NCBI RefSeq assembly: GCF_009914755.1
Contig: NC_060927.1
DNA from: the human T2T-CHM13v2.0 reference genome, Homo sapiens
DNA length: 64,000 nucleotides
Strand: one strand, 5' to 3'
Shown here: one piece after another, positions 52,444 to 64,000 of the stretch
How the letters are laid out: each line of letters starts with the position of its first letter
Position numbering within the stretch: position 1 is the first letter of the stretch
Notes under the pieces: model-generated
Told to the model about the DNA's origin: nothing
Seen by the model: only the letters and a program-made list of their open reading frames with translations
Databases searched by the model: none
Translations under genes and position numbers: made by a program

Positions 52444-53768
52444 AAAATATTAGCAAACCAAATCTAGCAGCACATCAAAAAGTTAACATACCATAATCAA
52501 GTAGGCTTTATTTCTGGGATGCAAGGCTGGTTTAACATATTCATACCAATAAATAGGATTCACCACATAAACAGAATTAAAAGCAAGAGACATATGATCA
52601 TCTCAATAGATACAGAAAAAGCTTAAGATAAAATCCAACATTCTTTCATGAAAAAATTCCTCAACAGATTAGGCATCAAAGGAACATACATCAAAATAAT
52701 AGGAGTTATACATGCCCAACCCACAGCCAACATCATACTGAATAGGCAAAAGCTCAAGCCATTCCCCTTGAGAACTGAAACAAGACAAGTATGTCCATTC
52801 TCACCACTCCTGTTATACATAGTGCTGGAAGTCCTAGCCAGAGCAATCAGGCAAGAGAAAGAAACAAAAGCCATCCCAATAGTGAAAGAAGTCAAACTAT
52901 CTCTCTTCACTTATGGCATGACTCTGTATAGAAAATCCTAAAGACTCTGCCAGAAGGCTCCTACAACTCACAGACTAGTATAATTTCAGGTCACAGAATC
53001 AGTGTATAAATCAGTAGCATTTCTATGCACCAGAAACATCCAGGCTGCGAGTGAAATCAAGAACACAAACCCACTTACAATAGCTATGAAGAAAACAAAA
53101 TACCTAGGAATACTGCTAACCAAGGAAGTGAACAATCTCTACAAGAAAAACTACAAAACACTGTTGAAAGAAATCAGAGATGACACAAATAAATGGAAAA
53201 ACATGCCATGCTCATAGATTGGAATAATCAATATTTTTTAAATGGCCATACTAGCCAGAGAAATTTGCATATTCAATGCTATTTCTATCAAACTACCAAA
53301 GTTATTCTTCACAGAATTAGAAAAAAAAACTATTCTAACATCTATGTGGAAGCAAAAACAAGGCTGAATAGCCAAAGCAATCCAAAACAAAAAGAACAAA
53401 GCTGGAGGCATCACACTACCCAACTTCAAATTATACTATAAAGCTACAGTAACCAAAGCAGCTTGGTTCTGGTACAAAAACAGACACATAAACCCGTGCA
53501 ACAGAATAGAAAATTCATAAATAAGGCCATACATGTACAACTATCTGATCTTCAACAAGGCTGATACAAACAAGCAATGGGGAAAGAACTCCTAATTCAA
53601 TAAATGGTGCTGGGATAACTGGCTAGCCATATGCAGAAGACCAAAGATGGACTCCTATCTTTCACCATATAAAAAAATTAACTCAAAATGGATCAAATAT
53701 TTAAATGTACCTTAAACTATAAAATCCTAGAAGAAAATCTAGGAAATACTATTGATGACATTGGCCTT

Positions 53769-56173
53769 TCTACTAGTCCATTCTCACACCTATAGAGACA
53801 TACCTGAAACTGGGTAATTTATGGAGAAAAGAGATTTAATTGACTCAGAGTTCCACAGGCTGTATGGAGGAATGGCTGGGGAAGCCTCAGGAAACTTAAC
53901 AATCATGGCAGAAGGGTGAAGGGGAACCAAGCATGTCTTCACATGGCGGCAGGAGTGACAGAGTGAAGGGGAAAGTGCTACACACTTTTAAAAAACAACA
54001 AGATCTCATGAGAACTCACTCACTGTCCTGGGAACAGGAAGGGGGACACCCACTTCCATGATCCAGTCACCTCCCACCAAGCCCCTCTCCCAACACTGGA
54101 AATTACAATTCAACATGAGATTTAGATGGGGACACAGATCCAAACCATATCATTCCACTCGGGTCCTTCCCAAATATCATGTCCTTCTCACATTTCAAAA
54201 TACAATCATGCCTTCCTAGCAGTCCCCAAAAGTCTTAACTCATTCCAACATTAAGTAAAAAGTCCAAGTCCAAAGTCTCATCTGAGACAAGGCGAGTCCC
54301 TTCTGCCTATGAGCCTGTAAAATAAAAAACAAGTTAGTTACTTCCAAGATACAATGAGGGTACAGATGTTGGGTAAATGCTCCCATTCTGAAAGGGAGAA
54401 ATTGGCCAAAACAAAGGGGCTACAGGCCCCATGCAAGTCTGAACACCAGCAGGGCCATCATTAAATCTTAAAGCTCCAAAATAATCTCCTTTATGTCTCA
54501 CATCCAGGTCACACTGATGCAAAGGGTGGGCTCCCAAGGCCTTGGAAAGCTCCGCCCCTGTGATTCTGCTGAGTACAGTCCTCTTGGCTGCTTTCACAGG
54601 CCATCATTGAGTGCCTGCAGTTTTTCTAGGTGCATGGTGAGGTTGTCAGTGGATCTACCATTCTGGGGCCTGGAGAACAGTAGCCCTCTTCTCACAGCTC
54701 CACTAGGCAGTGCCCCAGTGGGGACTATGTATGGGGGTTCCAAGCTCACATTTCCCCTTTGCCTTACCCTAGTAGAGGTTCTTCCTGAGGGCTCTGCCCC
54801 TGCAGCAGACTTCTACCTGGACATTCAGGCATTTTCGTACATTCTTTGAAATCTAGGGAGAGGTTCTCAAACCTTAACTCTTACCTTCTACGCACCTGCA
54901 GGTCCAAAACCACATGGAAGCTTCCAAGGCTTGGGCTTGCACCCTCTGAAGCAACAGCCTGAGCTGTAACTGAGCCCCTTTCAGGCACAGTTGGAGCTGG
55001 AGTGGCTGGGATGCAGGGCACCATGTACCAAGGCTGCACAGAGCAGTGGAGCCCTGGGCCTAGCCCAGGAAACCATTTTTCCCTCTTAGTCCTCCAGGCC
55101 TGTGATGAAAGGTGCTGCTGTGAAGGTCTCTGAAATGCCTTGGAGGCATTTTCCCCATTGTCTTGGCTATTAACATTCAGCTCTTCTTTACTTATGCAAA
55201 CTTCTGCAGCAGCCTCGAAAGTCCCCCCAGAAAATGGATTTTTCTTTTCTACCACATGGTTGGGCTACAAATTTTCCAACCTTTTATGCTGTGCTTCCTT
55301 TTTAAATATAAGTTCTAGTTTCAGGTTATTTCTTTGTTTATGCAAATGAGCATAGGCTTTAAGAAGTCACCAATTTACTTGCTTTGCACTTAGAAATTTC
55401 TTCTCCCAGATATTCTAAATCATCTCTCTTAAGTTCAAAGTTCCATAGGTTTCTACAGCAGAGGCAAAATGCCACCAGTCTCTTTGCTAAAGCATAACAA
55501 AAGTTACCTTTACTCCAGTTCCCAATAAGTTCCACATCTCCATCTGAGACAACCACAGCCCGGGCTTCACTGTCTATATCACTATCCACATTTTGGTCCA
55601 TTCAACAAGTTTCTAGGAAGTTCCAAACTTTCCCTCATCTTCCTGCCTTCTTCTGATCCCTGCAAACTGTTCCAACCTCTGCTCCTTACCCAGTTCCAAT
55701 GTTGTGTCCACATTTTCAGGTATCTTTATAGCAATGCCCCACTTCTCTGGCACCAATTTTCTGTATTAGTCCATTCTCACACTGCTATAGAGACATACCT
55801 GAGACTGAGTAATTTATGGAGAAAAGAGGTTTAACTGACTCGCAATTCCACAGGCTATACAGGAAGCATGGCTTGGGAGACCTCAGAAAACTTACAAACA
55901 TGGTGGAAGGGCAAAGGGGAAGTAAGCAGGAGAGAGAGAGAACAAAGGAGGAAGTCCTACACCCTTTCAAACAAAAAAGTGAGTAGTACTTTTTTGCTAC
56001 ACACTTTTAAACAAATCTGTGAGATCTCGTGAGAACTCACTCACTATCACAAGAGCAGCAAGGGGGAAATCTGCCCCCACGATTCAAGCACCTCCCACCA
56101 GATCTCTCTCCCAACACTGGGAATTACAATTCAACATGAGACTTGGGTGAGGACACAAAGCCAAACTGTAACA
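53769..56173 (-). mobile_element. Complete MSTA-type MaLR element (LTR 53769-54152, internal 54153-55761, LTR 55762-56173)
   Basis: Two similar LTRs of about 400 bp, MST/THE1-type internal sequence, perfect 5-bp TSD gcctt (53764-53768 / 56174-56178). Confidence 0.92.
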
Positions 56174-56376
56174 GCCTTGGCAAAGAATTTTTGGTTAAGT
56201 CCCCAAAAGCAATTGTAACAAAAACAAAAGTAGACAAGTGGGACCTAATTAAACTAAAAAGTTTCTGCACAGCAAAAGAAACAATCAACAGGCCTAATAT
56301 CCAGAATTTAAAGGGAAGTTAAACAAATCAACAAGCAAAAAACAACTCCTTTTAAAAAAATGGACAAAGGATATGA

Positions 56377-56865
<489 letters not shown>

Positions 56866-57990
56866 GCTTATACACTTCTGGTGGGAATGTAAGTTAGTCA
56901 CCGTGGAAAGCAGTCTGCATATTTCTCAAAGAACTTAAAATAGTGCTACCATTCAACCTAGCAATCACATTATTGGGTGTATACCCAAAGGAAAATAAAT
57001 TATACTACCAAAAAGACATGTGCAAATGTATGCTCATCACTGTGCCCTTCACAGTATCAAAAATATAGAATCAACCCAGTTGTCCATCATTTGTGGACTG
57101 GAAAAAAAATGTGGTACATATACACTGTGGAATACTATGCAGCCATTAAAAAGAATGAAATCATGTCCTTTGCAGCAACGTGGATGTAGTTTGAGGCCAA
57201 AATCCTAAGTGAAGTAATGCAGGAACAGGAAAAAAAAATACCACGTGTTCTCACTTATAAGTGGGAGCTAAACATTTAGCACATCTGGACATAAATATGG
57301 AAACAATGGACAATGTGGACTACTAGAGCATAAAGGGAAGGAGGAAGGCATGGGTTGAAAAATAACCTATCAAGTACCATGCTCACTACCTAAATGAAAA
57401 GATCTGTACCCCAAACCTCAGCATCACACAATATCCTCATGCAACTTGTACATGTACCCCTGTATCTAAAATAAAAGTTGAAATTTTAAACAAAAAAAAG
57501 GTATATTAAAAAGGGAGAGAGGACTATATTTTTCAAAAATGTCAATATAAAGAAAGGCTCTGAAAATATTCTAGATTAAAGGAGGCTAAAGAGACATGAC
57601 AATTGATTGCAATACCTAACTCTAGATTGAATCCTGTACTAGAAGGGGGGAAATGGTATGAAAGACATTTATTAGATCAACTGACAAAATTAGAATATGG
57701 ACAGATGACTAGATAAAAGTATTTATAACTCCGATGTTGTTATGTAAGAGATATTTTTATTCTTAGGAAATACACAGTTATTATTTAGCAGTCAAAGGAC
57801 TATGATATAAATAACTTAGCCTCAAAGGGTGTGTGTTCATGTGTGCATGCATATGTATATGCATACACTTATACATACATACATGCATGTATAGATATAC
57901 ATGTATATGCATACAGAGAGAGATGGAAGCAAATGACAAAGTAAAGGGGGTAAATTGTTAAAGACAGATGAATCTAGGTAGATGGAATAA

Positions 57991-57991
<1 letters not shown>

Positions 57992-58021
<30 letters not shown>

Positions 58022-58030
58022 TGTGTGTGT
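57992..58030. repeat. (GT)n microsatellite
   Basis: Seen directly; one interruption. Confidence 0.95.
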
Positions 58031-59991
58031 CTTTTAATATTTTTACTTTTGCAACTTTTTTTGAAGTTTGAAATTATTTCCAAGTAGAAAGTTTAAACAA
58101 AAAGTACTTGAGCAAGACCCTAATGAAAGATTCTTAATTTGACTCAAAACTACCCTATTTTTCCAAGACTGCAACCTTTTTACAGTATGACAAAATCCAA
58201 AATGCTGTTTCATTGGCGTGGGGGGCAGGATTCTTTCTCTTTTCTCTGAGCATTGTTTAATCTGAAAGTTCAGAAAGAAAATAAGCAAGGATTCATCCCA
58301 TAAGTTCGCTGTTTTTATATCATTTCTGGGTCTTATTCTACCCTAGGTATTGGCTGGGATCCACCAAAACTTCAATCAATTTTCCTTTCTTAAGGAGATA
58401 ATTGGAGCCCTTTGATTTTCCCAAAACTCCAGAGCAAACTTACCCTCTCACCGTTGAACCATTTCATATCAAAGAAAACTAAGCTGTGTTTCTCCAGACT
58501 CCACCCAAGAAAGAGACTTTCATTCCTCCCTCAAACCCTTGGGCAGTGTTTTTTGTTGCTACTTTAGTAGAAACTACGGAAACAATTCACAGTTTACAGC
58601 AGTCCCTGCAGCAAGATCCCACACATGTGGCAGAACTGGGCAGACTCCTGCTCATCATTCCTACTTGGGGCTCCCCACACAGGAGCGGGGGCAGGAAGAA
58701 GGCTCAGCAATCACTTCTACAGAACCTCCTCCTACAGGACTTTTACCCATCACCCCAAATTTTGGGTACACAGCTTGACCAATATTTATCTGTTCAATAA
58801 ATACTATTTGAAGATACTCTCTGTCCTATCTACTGAGATGAAATTTTTCAGTTTGCTATTGTTGCTTTAATGTTTATGTCAAAACGTGCAATGTCACTCC
58901 AAGATGAGGGAATGCGGGCTGTGAACTCTGTTGGACCCAAATGTCCTCAAAGGTGGAAAGCTGCCTTCACTCCTCAACGCCCCCACTGTGAGGATGAGGC
59001 CAGACACAAAGTAGTATTCAATTCAGTATCATGTGAATGAATGACAGGAAATGGCAAATGAGTGAGTAGGAGAAAGAAAAATGCCTTGTGGAGCAGAGAA
59101 TTTGCTAAAGGTGGTGATTGTCACTCAAGTATGGTGAGTTGAGCTTTTCTTTTGACTCACTTCACATCACAGACTAATATATCCACTTTAAATCAATGCT
59201 CTTCTTCTAATGATTTTTATTGTGGCATGTCAGTCAGGCCAGGAGAGGTCAGGACCTAAATCTGGGCAGCTTGGCAGATGCCTTAGGCTGAATAGGCCAC
59301 TGAGTCAGTTTCAAAGTTTAGCCCAGATTGGTAGAATCAGGCAGGCATCATAGGTGCAGAGGAAAAAAAAAAAAAAAACAGATCCAAGGAATCAGTGAAG
59401 ACTCAAGTAAGTAGACACAGAACACCAGTCTAGACAGGTGAGGAAACTTAGTCTAAAACTCTTGGAGCAAGAACATACCTCAGCAGGCTAAAGATTCATA
59501 GGAGTTTGAGACCTGAGTCAGAGGCCTCTTGTCTTCTACTTCTGCTGTGTAAATTTATCAGGCTTTAATATTGTACATTCGGTACCAGAAGGGCAGGATG
59601 AGCCCTACAAGTGAAACTTTCTCCTGGTCAACTCAAGAGGAGGGAGTTAAGCTTAGGTGGGAAGCTTTCAGTTCTCTACTCTCTTTAAGAAGACAGTCTA
59701 ATGGCTCATAATCTTGATTCTTCACCAGCGTTTGCTCCAGGTTGCCTAAGGTTTGGGCAAATAGACACGATTTCAAGCTTTGGTTTCAAATCCACTCATA
59801 GTCTTCTACTTTACTAAAGTTGGCTGGGCCATGAGTGAACAGAGCTTTCTTGTGCCTAATTGACTTCTTGGTGCCTTTCTTCCAGACCTAGGACTTTCAC
59901 ATTAGGGGTCACAAGTACCCAAGAATAAAGGCGTGTGCCAGAAGGGACTCGAAGCCACAGGGCAAACATAGCACATCCAGAACATCAATTT

Positions 59992-60005
59992 TGTGTGTGT
60001 GTGTG

Positions 60006-60036
<31 letters not shown>
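59992..60036. repeat. (TG)n microsatellite
   Basis: Seen directly; one CA interruption. Confidence 0.95.
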
Positions 60037-60038
<2 letters not shown>

Positions 60039-61689
60039 CAAAATGTGAATGAATTTACAAAAACAAACTATGCAGCTTGAAAGAAATGCCAGGATCAGTG
60101 CTTGTCATGCCTGCCATACAGGGCTCTGGGGAGTGTGCATTTACTCAGCTCCATGATTAGGGCACATCTGGCGCAAGAGTTGAGAAGCTTTGCCCTCGGG
60201 CCGCACACACATCAATCCTACCACTGTGGAGGTGATGGAGGCACTAAAGGTGACTTCCATCCAGGTCATTCATACTTCCCACTCTGAGAGCTTCATTATG
60301 TGTTTTCTGAGCCTGACTGCCTGAGCTAAGCGCATCTCATCCTGGGTGCTGAATGCGGGGAGAGGGTAGAGAAAATGTTGAGGTGTCCCCAGAGGCTAGA
60401 ACGTGTTACCAGTATAAAGGTACTCCCCAAAACACAATCTCAAGCTTTTGCTGGTAGCCGCATGATTTTAGAATATTAGGTCCATATTTATATAGAAGTT
60501 CTGTTAGTCCTGACTACAGCAAATGAAGTCAAAGATTTGAGTGAGGAAAGGCAATAAAAAGGAAAGAAAGGCTTAACTGTGCAAAGACAAAAGGTATCTA
60601 CAGCAGGCAGAGGGAAAAAAACAGAGTACGGTTGGAAAGACCGTGAAGTTCATGTAGTTCAATCAAGCATCAGGTGCTTCAATTCTATCATGTTACTGTC
60701 TTATTGGTGCCAAGCTTGGCTTGGATGCTTCCAGTTATAGGAACTCACTTCCTCCTCTACTTCATTATATTGCTTAACTCTGACTTCTAGAATATTCTCC
60801 TTTATACTTGGCTGAAACAGAAAGATGTGTGGCATAAATTTTACTTTCTCTTTTACTTCTGCTACTCAAAGGAAGAGGAAGCTGTGGGTGCAGATGTTGC
60901 TAAGATAAACTACAACTTCCTCCATGACCAGTTTCTGCAGTTTAGGAAGGGCAGAGCCGAACACGTGGCTGAGTTGGGGAGTTAACTACAGACACTTAAG
61001 CAAATCAGAATCCTTTGAAACAAAATCATCAAAAGGCCAAGAAGCATTTGTAAGGGCTTTTGACTACAACCTAACATTCAGAGAGAGTTGATCAGAGAGA
61101 GTTGTTGACACACTAAAAATTCATTACTTTTATTTACATTGAAATTTATTTACTTTATTAAAAAATATTTTTGTTGGTTAAGGTTGTTTGTACAAACTTG
61201 TAATTTTAATATTTAAAAAGTTGGAAGAGAATGATAGTATTAGGTAATGATAATATTACTAATTTTTACTCCATGGATGAGGTGGCATCATGCTATTTCC
61301 AATTGATAGTGGCACACCAAATTGCAGAGTCATGTTGTTAAAAGAATGCATTCCCAAGATTAGATTGGTTAAATGATAACAAATGCACAGAGGTCATTCT
61401 GTTGTGACTGAAGCTCAAGTGATTACTAATATACACATTAATACAACAATGTCTCCTAATAATAGACATAATTCTCATAATTCTAGGAACCTTGGGGTGG
61501 GGTGGTAGCCTGGAGAAAAAAAAGGTAAGGGTGGCAGATCAATTGATTTTCCTGCTAGTTGAGATCAACTATCTCTGCCAAAATAGTCTTCCTAATTGCA
61601 TAAAGTTATATGCAGCATGGATAAGAATTGTTTACTCTGCCATTCTACCTATTTTAACTTTTTTAAAAAAGAGAAATTTGTTGACATTT

Positions 61690-61860
61690 CAAAGCCTTCA
61701 TCTCAAACATTTGAGACATAAAAATCCCCTGAGGAGAACATTTTAAAGACAGGAGGAAAAGATGCCATCCCAGAGGATCTGATGCAGGAGGGTTGGCATT
61801 TGATCCAGAAATCTGTATATTGCATAAACTCCTAGTTGTTCCTGTTGCTGGTGATCTACA
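61690..61860. mobile_element. MER5-like hAT-Charlie remnant
   Basis: aaaatcccctgaggag...cccagaggatctgat...ccagaaatctgtatatt...aactcc. Confidence 0.5.
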
Positions 61861-64000
61861 GGCATTTTTAGGAATAATTGACACTGACAGAACATATTAT
61901 ACGTGCCTGAAGTGAGCCTTGAATACCAGTAGGTGGCTCTATAACATCTTAAATCAGGGACTTTGCAGCTAACTAGCTAACTAGCTAGAAAATAAAGGCT
62001 CTGAGGCCTTTATTTCCTCTCAATTTCCTTTTCAGGGATTGGAGGTGGCGTGGGAAGGAGAAATGGAAGAGGATGCTGGAATGTGGTGTGGTAGACGGAA
62101 ATGAATGGATATTAAAATGAATTTTACAATCATCACTTGTTAGTAGCCCTCTCAAAAGTATTATAGTAACGACTACTGTTAAAATAAATTTTCTGAAAGC
62201 ATACCAGAAAAACTTAATGTCCAATAAACTTAAAAGGCACAGAGGCTCTTAGGGTCTTCCTGAACACCGAGCTTTCAAATCTGGGAGAAACAATCTTATG
62301 GCCAGCCATTGCTGCCGTTCACTCTTGTCTCATTACAGAATCCCAGTTGTGGGCCATAAATACCAAGTGGGCATGAGGTAATATAGACAACGCTACTTCC
62401 TGCTTAAGCTTCTGCTTCTCTTCTACCCAGTTTCTCAAGGACACACCACCTGGGTATAATCCGGGAATGGTCACAGTAAAAATGACAAAACAATAGTCTC
62501 CGGCTCTACCCCAATCAACAAAATAAGTGGATCCCAATCCTCTGTCTTCTGATGTCAGGAATGTGTAAGTTGTATCATGTGTCCACAAGTGTGTGCCTCA
62601 GTGTCTCCATTTCCTTGGAGGCTCCTGAAGATCCCCAGTTGCTGCAATGATGTCACTCTTCCTGGAGGTAATTGCTGCTGCTGTCGTCACGTCCCAGCAC
62701 CACCTATGTTGGTTGCATCTCCTCATTCTCCTCTGATCTTTATCATACAGTCTTTTGGCTTGAGCTGGGTGAAGAAGCTTGGGAAAGACTAGGAATAAAC
62801 TCTACTGGTACGAGGCCATAAAGCAAAGCAGCTTCTACTCCATCCCATCTTTCGTTTACTTGGCTCCTCATTTCAGTCCCTTATTCCTTTTCCACCCACC
62901 CCACTCCCCAGCCAGAAAAAAAAATTGTGTGTGACGCATCACTGTGGAACTCAAAGCATCATATAACCTCACTCTCCTCTAGGCAATATCCCTCGACCAA
63001 ATACATGTCTGTGTTCTGATTCTGCTTGGGATCTGTTCCTTCCCCATCTCGTACACAGCCTGGGAAGTAAGACAGTCCTGGGGCTTAGCTCTGGGGACCA
63101 GGGACAGCCCTGGTCCCAATATCATTAAATCAATATGCTTCCTCCAAGGCTTTTTGGGTGCCTTTAATCAAGTAAAATCAGGCCGGCTTATCCTGCCAAC
63201 TACACATGTCTGAATGGCAAGCTGTTTTGGTGCTTTATCTGGGATCCTCACTACTCATTTATCACGTGAATCCAAACAAAACAAACCACTTGTAAAGTAC
63301 AGACATTTCAAACAATAAGGGAGTCTCCAAATAGAGGGCTAAGGTTATAGTCAGCTCTTCAGGAATCCAGCAGGGTCTTTACCATTACATGTCACCTATT
63401 ATAATTGTAACCCTGGTAAAGGCTGTTTATGAACAAAGCATATTTAAAAGCTTGGAAAATTTTTTATGTTGACAAGAGAGGCCATTGCAGGTTTTTAAGA
63501 AGGGAAGCAAAATTATTCACATTGTATTTTGGAAGATAATTATGGCAGAATGGGGAATGGTTGGGGAAATAAGAGTGTAATGGAGAAAAAATTTCCAGAA
63601 AACAGATTTGCATATGTATTTACATAAATGAGATTGGTTGTATTCAATAAAAATGGATGAACAGTTTGATGAGGTGTTCAAGTAATAAAAAATAATTTAA
63701 GAGATAGGGAAGCTACCCACTCAGGCCTTAGAATTACAGGTCCTTGGGGTGAGAAGTAGGGTTGGGGAGCCAAGCATCAGAGTTCAGAAAAGCCATGCGT
63801 TTAGTCTCTATGTGCCAGGTCTTTGCATTTTTTCTCACTTTTCATTGCTTAGATAATTGGTTTCAGTGATTTATCTGAAAGACTCTTTATTTCCCCCAAG
63901 CATTCTCCATTCTGCCATAGTTACCTTCCTAAAGTACAATGTGAATCATTTTACTCCCTTTCTCAACCTGCAATGGCCATTTTTGTCAATAGAAAAAAAA

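Overview
This is human-like (primate) genomic DNA carrying the 3' half of CD96 (TACTILE, a T/NK-cell Ig-superfamily receptor) on the + strand. Six coding exons were placed by splice signals and translation: four Ser/Thr-rich stalk exons, the transmembrane exon, and the cytoplasmic-tail exon with its stop at 42617, followed by a 3'UTR of roughly 2.5 kb. The rest is intronic or downstream sequence dominated by dead transposable elements (L1s, Alus, a MER52 solo LTR, a full MSTA element, MLT1, Tigger1, MER20, MIR/L2), an intronic NT5C3A processed pseudogene and a 35-nt U2 snRNA retro-fragment. Nearly all ORFs in the supplied track are spurious or TE-derived. I cannot support a new multi-gene biological system here. 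The most interesting signals are several encoded routes to TM-less (possibly soluble) CD96 isoforms, a retrocopy that may preserve an extra NT5C3A exon, and several small template-switch scars. Gene and repeat identities come from recall of known sequences, not from a search, and repeat boundaries are approximate unless a TSD is quoted.
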